From the NCBI GenBank assembly GCA_025594325.1, contig JANHCV010000004.1, positions 2,046,001-2,110,000 of the forward strand: DNA of 64,000 nucleotides, given 5' to 3'. Origin of the DNA: Blastocladiella emersonii ATCC 22665. Taxonomy: Eukaryota; Fungi; Blastocladiomycota. A program made the translations under genes and the position numbers. This document shows, piece by piece, positions 11,767-21,814 of this stretch; the stretch's first letter is position 1, and every line of letters starts with the position of its first letter. Under the pieces are notes generated by a model, which worked only from the letters and a program-made list of their open reading frames with translations, was not told where the DNA came from and searched no databases.

Positions 11767-13581
11767 ATGGTCACCCCCGCTCCACGTAACCCGCGCCTCC
11801 CGCGCGGCGCCAAGCAGCGTTCCGTCATCGTCCGCCCGCAGCAGCACGCGGGCAAGCCGGCTACGGCGACCAAGGCGAAGCCGGCGGCGGCGGCGACTCG
11901 CGTGTCAGCGACTACGCCGGCCGCTGCTGCACCGACTACGCCTACGCCCGCACCCGCACCAACTACCCCCGCACCTCCCGCGCCGGCGCCTCCATCAACT
12001 CCTCTCCCCGGATCTCTCCCTCCCCTTCCTCCAACAGCCGCAGCGGCCCCGCCACAGCCGCCTGTCCCCGCTTCTTCAACCTCCGACCGCCCACCCCGCG
12101 CCTCGCGCTCGTGCATGTCGCCCCTGCGCAAGCACGACTCGGCCATCGATCTCATCCCCGTGCCACCACCCGTAGTCGCCGCCTCCGCTGCCGGCGCCGG
12201 CGCGAGCGCGCCCCGCGCCATGTCGCCGCCCGTGGTCCTCGACACGGTCCCGCCGCCCCGCACCCTGCCCGCCATCATCGTCTCCCGCGTCATCACCCTC
12301 GTCGGACGCGTCTCGCTCTTCGTCCTCGGGCTTCTCGGTGGCGGGGAGAAGGGGTCGAAGGCCGAGACGAAGGAGGGCGCGGGTGCGTTGCCCGAGGGCG
12401 TGCCGCTCCTCCTGCGCGAGAACGAGGTGCCGACGCGCGAGGATCCTGTCGCCCTCGTCAAGGCGGCCGAGGTCCTGACGCCGGTCATGGCCGAGTCGCT
12501 GCCGCCCGACAACGACGCGGCTCCGGCTCCGGTCCTGGTCGAGCCCTTACCGCCCGACGACGCGCCCGTCGAACCGTCGCCACCATCTGCACCCGTACCA
12601 CCGCCGCCGAGTAACGAGGCGCCGGTGGCCGCGACCCCGAAGACGTCGCCGCCGCGCAAACCGCCCAAACCGAAGCGCGCGCGCAAGTCCGCCGCCGCCG
12701 TCGCTCCCGCACCTCCAACCGCAAAACCTCAAGCTGATCCCGACCTCCTCGGTCCGTCAACCCTCGCCTCACCTGTCGCCTCACCTTCTCCGCCGTCGCC
12801 ACCACCCTCAACTACCGCGCCGCCTTCTGTACCTCCCGCCGACCTCGCACCCTCCCGCCCACCCCTCGCGCGCATCCCACTCGCGCGCCTCCGCGACTCG
12901 TACCTGTCCGACCTCCGCACAACCAAATCCACGCTCGCGACCTTCTACGCGCGCGCGTCGCTCGCCCGCGGACCGACAGCCGTCGCGCTCGCCGCCGTCC
13001 GCGCCTCGCTCCTGTCCGGCACCCACACCGCGTTCCCGCCGCTAAGCCCGCTGCTCGACCACCTCCCGGCGGACCTGCGCGCCGGCGCGCTCGCCGCCGT
13101 CGCGTCCCGCATCCCGTCGGTTCTCGCGGCCGCATCCACCGACGGCCAGCCGTGGGACCTCGCGGCGTACGCCGAGCACCTGGTGGGATCCGGCCCCGCG
13201 GTCGCCCGCGCGGTCGCGGTCTACCTCGCGCACGCGAACCCGGTGCTGCACGCTGTCCTGTTCGGCATGCCGACGTCGCACGGCAAGGGGAAGGTGACGA
13301 TGAGCAAGACCGACCTCGCGGGCCTCGTCCTGTGGCTCCTCGTGTCGCTCGCCGCGGGCGCCGCGCGCGACGTCGTGGCCGTGGTCGACGCGGCCGTCGA
13401 CGTGGCGGAACCCGCGGCGTGGGTCGCGGTCGCGGCGCGCGTACGGTGGGCGTTCGAGTGGGCTGCGGGACGCGGGATCGATGTGGCCGCGGAGCAGGTG
13501 GCCGTGGGCCGCACGCTGGCGTCGGTCCCGGGCGGCGGCGGCGGGGTGCGCGCGCTCGGCTCGTTTGCGGCGCTGTGTTGA
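11767..13581 (+). CDS. Hypothetical protein: Pro/Ala-rich N-terminus, helical C-terminal domain
   Basis: 604-aa ORF with GC3 bias; structured-looking C-terminal ~240 aa; AT-rich 3' region after the stop. Confidence 0.7.
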   Translation: MVTPAPRNPRLPRGAKQRSVIVRPQQHAGKPATATKAKPAAAATRVSATTPAAAAPTTPTPAPAPTTPAPPAPAPPSTPLPGSLPPLPPTAAAAPPQPPVPASSTSDRPPRASRSCMSPLRKHDSAIDLIPVPPPVVAASAAGAGASAPRAMSPPVVLDTVPPPRTLPAIIVSRVITLVGRVSLFVLGLLGGGEKGSKAETKEGAGALPEGVPLLLRENEVPTREDPVALVKAAEVLTPVMAESLPPDNDAAPAPVLVEPLPPDDAPVEPSPPSAPVPPPPSNEAPVAATPKTSPPRKPPKPKRARKSAAAVAPAPPTAKPQADPDLLGPSTLASPVASPSPPSPPPSTTAPPSVPPADLAPSRPPLARIPLARLRDSYLSDLRTTKSTLATFYARASLARGPTAVALAAVRASLLSGTHTAFPPLSPLLDHLPADLRAGALAAVASRIPSVLAAASTDGQPWDLAAYAEHLVGSGPAVARAVAVYLAHANPVLHAVLFGMPTSHGKGKVTMSKTDLAGLVLWLLVSLAAGAARDVVAVVDAAVDVAEPAAWVAVAARVRWAFEWAAGRGIDVAAEQVAVGRTLASVPGGGGGVRALGSFAALC

Positions 13582-13657
13582 CTCGAATACAAACTCGTTA
13601 CTATGGCAGCGGTTCAGCAAGGTTATTAGAGTCTAGTCAAGTCGCGCACAACAACAA

Positions 13658-15589
13658 TCACATCATCATCTCCCGAATCGCATCGCGCACACGCGAATCG
13701 AGACTCGTCGCCTTGATCACCTCGCCGCGAACGAGCTCGACCATCGCGCGCTTCGCCGTCTCGTTCCCACCATCCGCGAGGATCGCCGCCGTGAGCACCG
13801 CGCGGAACTTGCCCACGACACGCTTCATCAGCTCCTCGGCGTTCCCGCCGCTCTCAGCGCGCACGATCCCCGAGACCGCCGTCACGAACGGCGACGACGC
13901 GCGGAACTTGCCCGCGACGCGCTTCGCCTGCGCCTCGGCGACCGCCGCCTTGTCCAGCCCCGCGGCATCGACCAGCCCCGCGACCGCTGCCGCGAGCGGC
14001 GCGTGTGCGGCGTGCGCGGGCCACAGGGACGCGAGGCGCGGGTCAGCGACGAGGCGGAGCCATAGCTCGACGAGGGCGGCGGTCACCGCGACGTGCTTGG
14101 GCGACTTGGCGCTGGGAGCGGGCGCGGCAGGGTCGGCGAGCGACGCCAGGAACCCGGACCGCGACTCGGCCGCGACCAGCAGCGCCGTGGCCAGCTGCGC
14201 GTCGCCCGTGTCGAGCGCCGCGCGCGCGAGCTCCGCTGCATCGAGGAGGGTCTTGGGGAGCGTCGGCGACGCGGCGCGGCGCACGGGACTCGACGGCGTC
14301 GTCGGGCGGCGCGTCGGGCTCGTCGGACTGCTCGGCCGCTGGTAGTAATTCCGCGACGGACTCGTCGGCGTGGTCGGGCGCCGCATCGGGCTCGCCGTCG
14401 CACTCACCGCGGCCGCCTCCTCGGCCTGCGCGGCCGCGACGACCGCGATCCAGTCGACGGCGAGGGACGCGAACTCGACGGGCGCGCCGTCGCGCACCGC
14501 CGCCGGGTACCCGGCCTTGGCCGTGGCCATGAGCGTCGCGTACGCGGCGAAATCGGGCGGCGAGTCGGCCGACGCCAGCGACGCCGTCGGGCGGCCCGCG
14601 GCGACCCACAGCTGCTCCGGGAACGTCAGCGACTCGCCCGGCGCGCGCTTGAGCGACGGGAACGTCGCGCGGTACGCCGCGCGCGTCGCGGAGAGGGAGT
14701 CGGATGTCGCCGAGTACAGGCGCACGAGCGGCGTGACGGCCGAGGGCGGGATCTCGCCGTCCTCGAGGACCGCGGCGGTGGTGGTGGCGGTGGTGGTCGG
14801 CGACGACGGAACGGGGACCGGGGCAGCCGAGGTGGGCGTGATGGGCGAAGCCGACGGCGTCGCGGCGACCTCGACAGCGGGAAGCGCGGGGGCAGCGGGC
14901 GCGGCGTTGTCCTTGGTCTCGTTGATCTTGACCGAAGACGTCTCGATCTTGGCGGGCGACACCTCGACCGCAGACTTGGCCTCAGTCGGGATCGGGGCCA
15001 CGGGCGCGGGAACGGCGGCCATCTTGGGCGCCTTCTCGACGGCGGCCTCGACCTTGGCCCCGGGCACGCCTGGAGCAGTCGTCGGCGCAGCGGGTGATAC
15101 GGCCTCGACCTTGGTCGCGACAGCGGGCGTGGGAACGACGGCCGCCGCAGGCGCCTTCTCGACGGCCTCGACCTTGACGGCCTGCAAAGTCGCAGGCGGT
15201 GTGCTGGGCGACTTGTTCCCCTGCAGACGCGCGCGCAGAGCCGCGGCAGCCGCCGAGACGCGGGCGGGCGAAGCTGCAGTCGCCGGGGCCGCCGCGGTCG
15301 CCGTCGCCGCGGGAACCGGCTGCGCGCCGGTGGTGCTGCCTTCGACGCCGAGACCGAGCGCGCCGATCGTGAACGCCGCCGCCGTAGTCGGGGTCTGGGC
15401 GGGCGCTGCCGCGTCGCCGGCGTGATAAGACGATGATCCCGACGCGCCCGCGCTGAGCGACGCCGAGAACAAGATGCCCGAGTCAGCCGCCGCGGGCTTG
15501 ACGGGGCCGGGCTGCGCGGCGGGCGACGTCGGGCTCGAGGCAGCGGCGTCAACGGTGGCGGTGGACGCGGGCGGGTTGGTGTCGGCCAT
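13658..15589 (-). CDS. Hypothetical protein: Ala/Pro-rich N-terminus with KVEAV repeats, helical C-terminal domain
   Basis: 643-aa ORF, ACCATG start context, convergent with the preceding gene (76-bp gap). Confidence 0.7.
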   Translation of the reverse strand: MADTNPPASTATVDAAASSPTSPAAQPGPVKPAAADSGILFSASLSAGASGSSSYHAGDAAAPAQTPTTAAAFTIGALGLGVEGSTTGAQPVPAATATAAAPATAASPARVSAAAAALRARLQGNKSPSTPPATLQAVKVEAVEKAPAAAVVPTPAVATKVEAVSPAAPTTAPGVPGAKVEAAVEKAPKMAAVPAPVAPIPTEAKSAVEVSPAKIETSSVKINETKDNAAPAAPALPAVEVAATPSASPITPTSAAPVPVPSSPTTTATTTAAVLEDGEIPPSAVTPLVRLYSATSDSLSATRAAYRATFPSLKRAPGESLTFPEQLWVAAGRPTASLASADSPPDFAAYATLMATAKAGYPAAVRDGAPVEFASLAVDWIAVVAAAQAEEAAAVSATASPMRRPTTPTSPSRNYYQRPSSPTSPTRRPTTPSSPVRRAASPTLPKTLLDAAELARAALDTGDAQLATALLVAAESRSGFLASLADPAAPAPSAKSPKHVAVTAALVELWLRLVADPRLASLWPAHAAHAPLAAAVAGLVDAAGLDKAAVAEAQAKRVAGKFRASSPFVTAVSGIVRAESGGNAEELMKRVVGKFRAVLTAAILADGGNETAKRAMVELVRGEVIKATSLDSRVRDAIREMMM

Positions 15590-15958
15590 GGTGGTGGGCA
15601 GGTGCGTCGGATCCGTTGCGGGGGAGTGCAGGAGGTCTAAACCGGCGAATAGACTCGATGGAAGCGGAGAGCGGGCGTTGGGGGAAGCGCGCCGACGACA
15701 ACGAGCGCGGCAGGCACGTGGGTGTGTGCGACGCGTCGCGCCACGGAAGTGAAACGCGTCGCTCGTCGCTCAGCTCACCTCACCTCAACTCGCGCTGTCG
15801 CTTTCGCTCTCGCTTCTCTCACTCGACAAGTCATCCACGAGAGAGGGCAGATGCCAACATCTTCGATTCAAGGTCACAAGACGCGGGATGCTTCGGGACG
15901 AGAGTGGTGGGTGAGACGAAGGGAAAGGGACGACGGCTTGAGGCCGGTGCACCGTGTA

Positions 15959-16280
15959 CTAGCAGCCGTACAGCACGCTGACGACGCGCATCTCCTCGTC
16001 GACCGTGATGTTGAGGCGGTTCGAGCACCAGTCGAGCGTCATCGGGCCGTTCTCCTTGAGGATCCGGTACGGGCTGGGCAGCGCCGACTTGGAGTAGACG
16101 GTCCCGGCCTGATCGGTCGCAGTATCGTCAGCTTCGCGCTCAGCGCCATGCGTGGCGGGGACCGTCGACCGGTCGTACCTTGTCCTGCGTGACGGGCCCG
16201 TCGACGAGCACCTTGCCGACGAGGGTGCGCTCCCAGTGCGCCTGCGGCTTCTCGATGGTCTCGGTGGCGGGGATCGTCAT
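15959..16280 (-). CDS. Peptidase inhibitor I78 / potato-inhibitor-I-fold protein, copy 1 (83 aa; exons 16179..16280 and 15959..16108)
   Basis: Spliced product MTIPATETIEKPQAHWERTLVGKVLVDGPVTQDK-AGTVYSKSALPSPYRILKENGPMTLDWCSNRLNITVDEEMRVVSVLYGC. Intron GTACGA..GCTGAC..CAG. Fits the I78 pattern R(V/I)...T-x-D...RLN(I/V)..D....V..G. Confidence 0.8.
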
Positions 16281-16551
16281 GGTGGTGATTCGTAGCGCGT
16301 AATGACTTTAGTGCTTGGGAGAGGAGGGAGGGAGCGACGGGTGCCGCGGCCTTTTGAGGTGCGGCGGCGAAGCGCGGGCTGCAACGGCGAGCGAGTTCCC
16401 ACTTCGGCTGGCTTTCCTCACCGTTTGTGCTTGCCTGGCACGGTGAGCGGTTGGCCGCGCGACTCACAACCTGCCGATCCCTGACCGGCGACACGAAACA
16501 GTTACGGGACCAAATGATCAGGGAGTGTATCAAGCTCAGTTCATTCACGGT

Positions 16552-17279
16552 TCAAGCATCATCCTCGCCATCGTTCCCGTCCTCGTCTTCATCGCTGTCC
16601 GAGCAGCCGCCGTGGATCCGACAGTCGTGCCCGCCGCAGTCCTCTTCGTCATGTTCCTCGTCGCTCCAGTTGAGCCCGTCGTCGCTGTCGTCGTAGCGGT
16701 GCCCGCGGTACAGGTGCTCCCGTTCGGGAGGCACCACTCGCGCGCTGCGCGCTACTTGCGCGATGTCGCGGACGCAACATAGTCCGGATTGATTTAGTAC
16801 TCGACTCCCATGCTGTACCACCACTCGAGGACCCGAACGTTACCGTCGCGGAGCGCCGTCTTGAGGGCCGAATGGAAGAGGGGCTCAAGATCCGAGCCCT
16901 CCCACCATTTCAGGACCGCGAAATCAGCGTTTTCACTTGCAGCATCGAGTGCGTCCTCCGAGTACTTGACTTCCAGGCCCGATCTCTTCCACCACTCAAG
17001 TACGTTGACGTGTCCGTTCGCTGCCGCTTCGTCCATGGCAGCCCCCGTGTACTCGAGCGGGAGCCCCGATTCGACCCACCATTGAAGGCCACGAACACAG
17101 CCGCACGCCGATAGATCGTCCATGGAGCACCAAGGCAGCTTCGGGATCACGGCGCGGCGGAGCTGCTCGGTCGGGCGGAGCACCGCGAGGTAGGCGAGCA
17201 ACTGTCCCGAATCTTCGTGTTCCAGCTGAGCAACTTTGAGCCAGATGGCCTCGATGATTTCTGCAGGAAGTCGCTTCAT
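16552..17279 (-). pseudogene. F-box-like/ankyrin-like repeat protein, copy 1, pseudogene
   Basis: Homologous to the three downstream paralogs. In-frame stops at 16794-16796 and 16752-16754 (the latter is Gln in all three paralogs), then a frameshift before the acidic tail. Confidence 0.8.
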
Positions 17280-17389
17280 GGTATCACTGCTGCATGGACG
17301 CTAACGTTCAAGTCTCAAAGAGAGGAGCAGGAAATCTCAAAACGTGGCGAGCCGAGCCGAGCCCTCCCTCGCCTCGCATTTTCAAGCCC

Positions 17390-17415
17390 ATCACGATGCA
17401 CACGTGTGTGGCGCG
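17390..17415. promoter_or_regulatory. Conserved upstream motif CATCACGAxGCACACGTGTGTGGCGC (palindromic CACACGTGTG, E-box core)
   Basis: The palindrome lies at 17399, 19409 and 20469, about 107-120 bp upstream of three paralog ATGs, in otherwise diverged flanks. Confidence 0.55.
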
Positions 17416-17764
17416 GCGCGGGCAGAGGCTAGCTCGCGGCTGTCCTCCTTCGCGAGTGGGGCTTTTCGGGAGGAAACGCGGACGTCCGAAGCTAGGATGC
17501 GTCAAGCATCTAACAGCCAGCTGCTTTTCCCTCGCGTGTGAGGTGCCGTCATAATGGGAGCACGGCTATCTCAGCTGCTGTGCCAGCAGCGGCCCCACTC
17601 GCGCGCTGGTGTTGCTCTCAGTGCTGAGGCTGGTCGCGCCGATCCTGAACGCCGACGTGGCCGCAGTAGCATGCGACGTGATACTTGGCGCTGTGGCCGC
17701 GTCGCTCGCTTGATTGGACGATGATCTCGACGAACCCACGCTGCGCGACGCCAAGGACAGGACG

Positions 17765-17840
17765 CCCGAGTCGGCGGCCAATCCAGTGAACGGACTTGGG
17801 CACCCGAGTCGGCGGCCAATCCAGCGAACGGACTTGGGCA
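17765..17840 (+). repeat. 38-bp tandem duplication, 2 copies
   Basis: CCCGAGTCGGCGGCCAATCCAG(T/C)GAACGGACTTGGGCA at 17765 and 17803. Confidence 0.85.
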
Positions 17841-17993
17841 AGCAGAGGATCACGCGTCACTCAGCTCGGCTCATCCCGCACGCTCGCACCCGCGAGGAAT
17901 GGTACATCAAAAGGTTCCAATTCAAGGAGGTTTGGGCATAAGTGGATGATGCGATGCGTCGCACAGGGAACGGCGACAGGTCGCGGCGCACGC

Positions 17994-18334
17994 CTAGTAC
18001 CCGTAGAACACACCGATGACGCGCATCTCCTCGTCGACCGTGATGTTGAGGCGGTCCGTGCGCAGGTCGAGCGTCATAGGTCCGCCAACCGTGAGGATCC
18101 GGTGCGACGAAGGTAGGTTCGACTTGGAGTAGACGGTCCCGTTCTACGCAACCGCATGATCGTCAGCTTCGCCCACGGTCAACAAGGTAGCCAGCCGCAG
18201 TGAAGAGCAAGCCGGCAGCGGATGCAGCGCACCTTGTCCTGGGTGACGGGGCCATCCACGAGCACTTTGCCCATAAGAGCGTGCTCCCAGTACGCTTGCG
18301 GGTTCTCGATGGTCTCGGTGGCGGGGATCGTCAT
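17994..18334 (-). CDS. Peptidase inhibitor I78-like protein, copy 2 (83 aa; exons 18233..18334 and 17994..18143)
   Basis: MTIPATETIENPQAYWEHALMGKVLVDGPVTQDK-NGTVYSKSNLPSSHRILTVGGPMTLDLRTDRLNITVDEEMRVIGVFYGY. Same intron position and phase as copy 1. Confidence 0.8.
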
Positions 18335-18594
18335 GGCGATGATTCGTAGCGATCAAGTCCTTCGGTACTTTGGCGAAGAGGGAGGGAGCGCGGGGCGTCG
18401 CGGCCTTTTAAGGGCTCGGCGGCGAAGCGCGGGCCGTCACGGCCAGGAAGTCCGCGCCTGGAAGGCCTTCCTCACCGTTCGTTCCTGCCAAAAATGGGGG
18501 GGGGGGGGTCGGACCTGCTCTGAACAATGAGCCGCTGACAAAGCCAGTCGGAGTCACCAGAAACATTGTCAGCGTATATTGAACAAGGTACAGC

Positions 18595-19293
18595 TCAATA
18601 GTCACCGTCGCCATGAACCGAGCAGTTGTAGCCAAGGCAATCGTCAATGTCGTGTTCCTCGCTGCTCCAGTTGAGGTCCTCGTCGCTATCGCCGTAACGG
18701 TGATATTCGGACTGATGCACCATGTCCTCGTCAACCAAGTTCGCGAGGCACCACGCCCGTGCCTCACGCTGCTTGTACGAGGTCGCGGCCACGATGTCGA
18801 TGGGATCAATGTAGAGTTCGGCCATTCGGTGCAGCAACTTGAGGATCTGGACGTTCCCATTGCGGAGGGCCGACGTCGGGGCCAGCTCAAAGAAGAACTG
18901 CAGCCTGGAGGATTGCCACCACTTGAAGACCTCGAAATGGTCATTTACGCTTGCCGCATCCAGAGCGCTCTCCGAGTACTTGATCTTCAAGCCCGAGTCC
19001 TTCCACCACTGGAGCACGTCGATATGGCCCCCGCCAGCCGCGCCGTCCATGGTGGCATCGGTGTACTCTAGCGGGAGGCCCGACTCGGCCCACCACTGGA
19101 GGCCGCGAACGCAGCCATGCGTTGAGAGCTCGTCCATGGAGCACCAGGGCAGCGTCGGGATCACGGCGCGGCGCAGCTGCTCGGTCGGGCGGAGCACCGC
19201 GAGGTAGGCGAGCGACTCGCGCGGGTCGTCGTGTTCGAGCTGAGCAGCTTTGAGCAAGATGACCTCAATGAGTTCTGCGGGAAGTTGCTTCAT
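18595..19293 (-). CDS. F-box-like/ankyrin-like repeat protein, copy 2 (232 aa)
   Basis: MKQLPAELIEVIL (F-box-like) followed by MDGAAGGGHIDVLQWW / ALDAASVNDHFEVFKWW ankyrin-like repeats and an acidic tail with HDIDDCLGYNCSVH. Confidence 0.8.
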   Translation of the reverse strand: MKQLPAELIEVILLKAAQLEHDDPRESLAYLAVLRPTEQLRRAVIPTLPWCSMDELSTHGCVRGLQWWAESGLPLEYTDATMDGAAGGGHIDVLQWWKDSGLKIKYSESALDAASVNDHFEVFKWWQSSRLQFFFELAPTSALRNGNVQILKLLHRMAELYIDPIDIVAATSYKQREARAWCLANLVDEDMVHQSEYHRYGDSDEDLNWSSEEHDIDDCLGYNCSVHGDGDY

Positions 19294-19639
19294 GGTATCA
19301 CTGCTGCATAGGTCGTAGTGTTGAAGTTGTTAAGGTAGGGAAAGCTGGTCGCCTGAGAGAGCAGCGTCCTCAGCCTCACCTTTCGCTCCAGCCCACTACA
19401 TCACGACGCACACGTGTGTGGCGCAACACGGACCCGTTTGCCATCGACTTTCTTGGTTGCGGGCCGGCTTTTTCAGAGCGACCGCAAGGACATGGAAAGG
19501 GGATAGTGGTTCAAGACGCTGATGAGCATGGAGCTGCATGCTCCACTCGCTTAGTCGCAGCCACCGCTTTTAAGAAATATACAGCCAAGCAGATCATGTT
19601 TGGAGATGTTACCACACAGCTTATCAATTGCGAGACCAC

Positions 19640-20362
19640 TCAGTAGTCCGTGTCGTCGTCCATGCTATTCCAGCCGCCGTGGACTCGGCAGTAGTACCCG
19701 CCACAATCCTCCTCGTCGTGATCGCCGTCGCTCCAGTGGAAATAGTCATCACTGTCGCCCCTGTCGCGGCAGCCGTACTTGGACACCTTGTCCTCGTCAA
19801 GTTCCTCGGAGATGCACCATTCCCGCGCCGCGCCCTGTTTACGCGAAGTGGCGTCGACAATGGCCCAGGGGTCGAGTTCGAAGTGGGCATTGGAGCTCCA
19901 CCACCACTTGAGAACACGGAGCTTGCCACGATTGAGCGCCGTTAACAGGGCCGACTCGTACAACATGTCCAGTCCCGAGTTATTCCACCAATTGAGCACC
20001 GCAAAGTCGCCGTTTGCACTCGCGGCATCCATTGCACGCTCGGAATACTCCACTTCGAGCCCCGAGTCGAGCCACCACTGCAAAACTTGGACGTGACCGT
20101 TTGCAGAAGCCCGGTCCATGGCATCCTCCGAGTAGTCAAGCGGAAGCTCGGAATCGAGCCACCACTGGAGACCTTGCACGTTGCCTCGGGCGGAAAGCGA
20201 GTTCATGGACCACCATGGCAGCTTGGGCGCCACCGTACGGTGGAGCTCTTTGGTCGGTACGGTGACGGCGAGGTAGACAAGCAGCACTCGCGGATCGTCG
20301 TGTTCGAGGCGCGCAGATTCGATAAGAATACCTTCTACGACTTCTGCAGGGAGTCGCTTCAT
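19640..20362 (-). CDS. F-box-like/ankyrin-like repeat protein, copy 3 (240 aa)
   Basis: MKRLPAEVVEGIL; AMDRASANGHVQVLQWW and AMDAASANGDFAVLNWW repeats; tail HDEEDCGGYYCRVH. Confidence 0.8.
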   Translation of the reverse strand: MKRLPAEVVEGILIESARLEHDDPRVLLVYLAVTVPTKELHRTVAPKLPWWSMNSLSARGNVQGLQWWLDSELPLDYSEDAMDRASANGHVQVLQWWLDSGLEVEYSERAMDAASANGDFAVLNWWNNSGLDMLYESALLTALNRGKLRVLKWWWSSNAHFELDPWAIVDATSRKQGAAREWCISEELDEDKVSKYGCRDRGDSDDYFHWSDGDHDEEDCGGYYCRVHGGWNSMDDDTDY

Positions 20363-20738
20363 GGTTTACTGCATGGGCGTTAACATTGAGCACGGGTGCG
20401 GGAAAGTCGGCAGCCAGCGAAGTGGCGCAAAGCTGAGGGAAACAGCTGCGCTTCAGCGCATCACGAAGCACACGTGTGTGGCGCAACGCGGCCATACTTG
20501 TTCGCGACTACCCTCTGTAGCAAGCAAGTTGCTTCGGAGAGAGCATCAAGCCATGGAGTGACGATAAGGTGAACGAAGCGCAGCAGAAGTCCAGAGTGCA
20601 CCGCTCCTTCCCTTGACTGCGTCAGCTATGTGTCGTGAGCCACACACGGATCGCTGCTGACCGAGCAGGTTACGAAACAACGAGAACCGAGAGTGAGGTC
20701 ATCTAGCATGAGTCGAGTTGTATTATCGCCGCCCACTC

Positions 20739-21443
20739 CTACTCGTCTTCCTCGTCGTTCGTCGCGGGGCCACTACTCGTGTCCTCACGGCCGTAATCGC
20801 TCCAGCCCGAGCCGTCGTCGCTGTCGTAGTCTCTGTAATAGCCGTGTTTTTCGACCTTGCCGTAGTCGAGCTCGCGGTCGATGCACCACTCCCGCGCCGC
20901 GCGCTGCTGACGCGAGGTCGCGTGGAAGATGGCCCAGGGGTCGATGGTGAAGTCAACGTCCGCGTCCCACCACCACTGGAGCATTTGAACATCTCCTCGA
21001 GTAAGCGCCGTCTCCAACGCCTTGTCGTACGTGAGCTCGAGCCCCGACGCCTTCCACCAGTTGAGGACCGCATAGTCGCCGTTTTGGCTCGCGGCGTCAA
21101 GTGCGTCGAAGGAATGCAGTGGTTCTTCGACCGAGTCGAGCCACCACTGCAAGACTGGGACGTGCCCGTTCGCCGCCGCGTCGTCCATGGCATTCTCCGA
21201 GTACTCGAGCGGAAGGCCCGAATCGCGCCACCACTGGAGCCCGACAACGTCGCCTCGTGCAGAAAGCGTGTCCATTGACCACCAGGGAAGCTTGGGCGCG
21301 ACGACGCGGCGAAGCTGCTCGGTCGGGTGGATCACGGCGAGGTATGGAAGCAGCTGGTGCGGGTCGTCATGCTCCAGTTGAGCAACCTTGAGGAGAATGA
21401 CCTCGATGGCTTCTGCGGGAAGTTGCACTGCATTTGGATTCAT
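20739..21443 (-). CDS. F-box-like/ankyrin-like repeat protein, copy 4 (234 aa)
   Basis: QLPAEAIEVIL; AMDDAAANGHVPVLQWW repeats; acidic tail without the Cys/His motif. Confidence 0.8.
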   Translation of the reverse strand: MNPNAVQLPAEAIEVILLKVAQLEHDDPHQLLPYLAVIHPTEQLRRVVAPKLPWWSMDTLSARGDVVGLQWWRDSGLPLEYSENAMDDAAANGHVPVLQWWLDSVEEPLHSFDALDAASQNGDYAVLNWWKASGLELTYDKALETALTRGDVQMLQWWWDADVDFTIDPWAIFHATSRQQRAAREWCIDRELDYGKVEKHGYYRDYDSDDGSGWSDYGREDTSSGPATNDEEDE

Positions 21444-21814
21444 TTTGTGGCACCTTGGCTACGTTGCAAAGGAGCTCTGAGGGCGCCCCTGAACGTCGGC
21501 GCAGACCAAGCGTCGGACGCCACTCATGTGATGCCGCGTGAGCGTGAGACAGTTTGAGACACGACGCGTTTCCTCGTTTTTACCTTTGATCGCGCGCGCG
21601 GGCCTTCACAATCTGGGACCCGACAAAATTCGTACCATGGGACTTGTCGAGGTCCGCCGCACTCGGCTCGATGACCATTCGAATGGATTGTTAACGGAGC
21701 GCGACGTAGTCAGAAATCAATTCAGGGCTGGCGGGGTTCTCGGTCGGACTCAATGGCCTCATCTATCTTCTTGCACTTTGGAACAGCTCGGAGCTGTACT
21801 ACAAAAAACGGACC

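Noticed and set aside
10659-12686. Long ORFs overlapping real genes (e.g. 10659..12686 -, 30460..32166 +, 36035..38536 +, 37006..38145 +, 41535..42797 -, 7511..9100 +)
   Set aside because: These are shadow frames of high-GC coding sequence: Arg/Gly/Ala-rich, without motifs, and overlapping genes with clear family signatures or better codon bias.
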